Below, one piece after another: positions 61,046 to 64,000 of a stretch of 64,000 nucleotides of DNA. A program made the translations under genes and the position numbers. The notes below the pieces were generated by a model. The model saw only the letters and a program-made list of their open reading frames with translations. It did not search any database and was not told where the DNA came from. The stretch comes from Mobula hypostoma (lineage: Eukaryota): contig NC_086101.1 of NCBI RefSeq assembly GCF_963921235.1, forward strand, positions 10,728,001 to 10,792,000, written 5' to 3'. Positions within the stretch are counted from its first letter, which is position 1, and each line of letters begins with the position of its first letter.

Positions 61046-62039
61046 CCCTCCCTCAGTATCACACCCTCCCAGGTAATAATGGGATGGTTTAGAGTGCCGC
61101 AAGTTTTTGTTTTTTGTTAAATACACCCTGTGATTTGGCAATTGCTGCTATGGCTGGCATTCACGGTCAAGTTGCCCATGGTTGAACAGAGTGCACGGGT
61201 TATGGTGCCAGACCCGGTTATCGTAGCTGCTGCCACAGGCTGTATCTTTTCCCTATCCCTCTGGTATGCAATGACTGTCACTGTTCCCACTGTGAAACCA
61301 ATAATTTGACATGTTAAGGGAGAAGCAGGTGAAGATGTTGAGAGGTTGAATAAATCAGTCATGATGGCATGCGGAGCAGGCTCTATGTGCTGAATGGCCT
61401 AATTCTGCTCCTATGCCGGCCAATATTTCCATCTAAGGTTGTTTATGTTTGGCCCATGTTCAAAACTGTTGGAAAATAGTCTGGGTCACAAGGATGGCAC
61501 CGGATGACAGGGCTGTTGTGGAAACATCAATTCTTGACCCTTCAGATCAAATAAAATGATATCCTATGGAATGTTAGTTGTCTGGTGTGTCTGAAAATGT
61601 CAGGAGATCTGCGCGGGAGAGTTTTTAAAGTGGAAAAGACATTGCATTGGGGAAGTTACTCCCTCTCGACCTCGGAAGTTTGAGTCTAGTAGTACAAGTA
61701 GTCATCACAAAATGAGATCTTCCTTCGTTGCAGTGGATGACTATGATGTCTCCTGTGCCTTGTCATGCCCTTCACCTCTCCACGATGCGTAACAGAACCA
61801 CTTACTTGGCTGTTGTATCTCACTGTAGATCATCCATGCCCAGACCACCAGAGCTGACTTTCCATGCTGACAACCATGTCCCTATTTCACCGGCGTATGA
61901 GGCCCATCGGCTATTCTCACCTGGTTTCGACTACCTCTCTAATTCTCATGGTAGGGGATCCTAGGACAAGAGGGCACAACTTCAGGATTGAAAAACGTCT
62001 TTCTAGAGCTGAGATGTGAAGAAATTACTTTAGTCAGAG

Positions 62040-62762
62040 TGTTACCTGTCCCATGAGTATCTTGTAAGCATGACGTAATTGTCCTGTGATATTGGTATGT
62101 TGTAATTGTCGTGATAGTGGGATGATGATATGTCACACGATGGCATGTTCCAACCGGTATAAAAGGGGAGACCGCAGTTTGTTGCGTAGTTCTTTTGTTT
62201 GGAGTCACGGTTGGTGTTTACGTAATCGTGAGAGGAGAGAGAATGAGAGTGAAAAATTAGCAGCTTCGTAAGAACCCAAGAAATCAATGGCCTTCTGTGA
62301 TTGACATTTTGTATGACCATACATGTATCATGGCACACACTTTTGGCTAACTCCTGCATGGTCTTGGGTGTTGTGTGGTGACTAATTCCAGCGAAAGGTC
62401 AGTTACTGTGAGAAATCTTATTCTTTGTGACATCTTCAGACAAGGCATTTCTCCGCTGGAATCTGCGTCAACAGTTTCGTCTTTTTATCATCGCTGATTC
62501 GGGAAGTCACTCCTCTCGCTTATTTCATAAATCACTTAAGACACTTTGAACGACCACTTTTTGTGTTTGAGCAAAATCTGTTAAGAATTGTCGTTAAGTT
62601 CAACTGGTTGATAACTAAAGACGCGTAACACTGTCTTCTGTTTAAGTTAGTCGTTTGTTTGCTTTTCTATGTTTTTGAGTAGAGGTTAATAAATTTCGTT
62701 GTTTATTTATACTTTGTAAAAACTCGACTCAATTTCATATCTATTGCTGCAGGTGGGTGACA
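62040..62762 (+). mobile_element. Solo LTR with 4-bp TSD (AGAG)
   Basis: Termini TGTTACC...GGTGACA; AGAG on both flanks; TATAAAAGGGG near 62158 and AATAAA near 62688. It interrupts a CR1 3' end. Confidence 0.82.
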
Positions 62763-62994
62763 AGAGGTTAGTAAGTCTATGGAATTTGTTGCCACGAACG
62801 GCTGTGGAAGACAAGACATTGGGTGTACTTAAGGCAGAGATAGATAGGTTCTTGATTAGGCAGGACATCAAAGGGTATGGGATGAAAGCAGGGGAGTGGG
62901 TATAACTGGAAGAATTGGATCAGCCCATGATTGAATGGCAGAGCAGACTCGATGAGCCCAATGGCCTACATCTGCTCCTATATCTTATAGTCTT

Positions 62995-64000
62995 CCAAAG
63001 TGAAGATTGATTCAAAATACTTATTTAGTCCATCCGCCATTTCCTTGTTCCCCATTACAGCCTCTCCAGCATTAAATTCTAGCAGTCCACTATCAACTCT
63101 CACCTCTCTTTTACACCATATGTCTGAGAAACTTTTGGTATCCTCTTTAATATTGTTGGCTAACTTACCTTAGTATTCCATCATTTCCTTTTTTATACCT
63201 TTTCCAGTTGTCTTCTGTTGGTTTTTGGAAGCTTCCCAATCCTCTGATTTCACTCTAATTTTTTATTATTATATGCTCTCTCTTTGGATTTGACTTCTCT
63301 TGTCAGCCACAGTTCTGTCATCTTCCCTTTAGAACACTGCTTCCTCTTTGGGATGTATATATCCTCCATCTTCCGAATTGCTCCAAGAAATTCCAGCCAT
63401 TGCTGGTCTGCTGTCACCATGTGAGTGTTCATTTCCTATCAATTTTGGCCAGCTCCTCTCTCATGTCCCTTTAATTCCCTTTATTACACTGTAAGAGTGA
63501 TGCATCTGATGCTTCTCTTTCTCAAATTGCAGGGTGAATTCTATCATATTATGAGCACTGTCCCCTCAGGGTTCCTTTACAATGAGCTCTCTAATCAACT
63601 CCACTTCATTGCACACCACACAATACAGAATAGCTGATCCGCTGCCTTCATGAGCTCAACTGTGAGTTGCTCTAAAATGCCATCTCATGTGCATGCTAGT
63701 ATTTCCCCCTCTTGGAATCCAGCACCAACCTGATTTTACCAACTTATCTGCATATTGAAATCTCCCATGACTACTGTAACATTACCTTTTTGACATGCAT
63801 TTTCTATCTTCCGCTGTACTCTGTAGAACACATCTTTACTTCTGTTTGGGGAGATCTATATATAACTCCCATCAGTGTCTTTTTACCCTTGCAATTCCTT
63901 AGCGATTCAACATCTTCTGATCCTATGTCACCTCTTTCGAATGGTTTGATTTTGTTTTTTTACCAACAGAGCCACCCTACCCCCTCTGCCTACCTGCCTG
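62995..64000 (-). mobile_element. Degenerate CR1 endonuclease/linker fragment running off the window
   Basis: QQWLEFLGAIRK...WLTREVKSKERAY, with VMGDFN-like sequence near 63755-63775 on the minus strand. Confidence 0.8.

Overview
Vertebrate genomic DNA, most likely from a cartilaginous fish (inferred from the repeat families and the B30.2 sequence style). Most of the window is nested transposable-element debris. One host gene can be assembled on the + strand from five exons, all joined by phase-1 GT-AG splice sites: signal peptide (3275-3332), IgV (12579-12926), transmembrane (22617-22736), a 33-nt cytoplasmic exon (25272-25304) and B30.2/PRY-SPRY (45856-46388). The join is open throughout and gives a 363-aa butyrophilin-like protein with no visible IgC exon. 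The repeats include many CR1-clade LINEs (one with an intact 999-codon ORF2), Penelope-like elements with degenerate hammerhead motifs, L1, Rex1 and Hero fragments, SINEs, Tc1 and hAT transposons, Gypsy/sushi elements, solo LTRs and an ERV pol/env remnant. The most striking signal is a conserved, correctly phased T_TTA_AAC slippery heptamer at the ORF1/ORF2 junction of four CR1 copies. In the intact copy ORF2 has no AUG until the middle of the endonuclease domain, which suggests -1 ribosomal frameshifting. Boundaries of degenerate repeats are approximate and family names come from motif recognition, not database searches.
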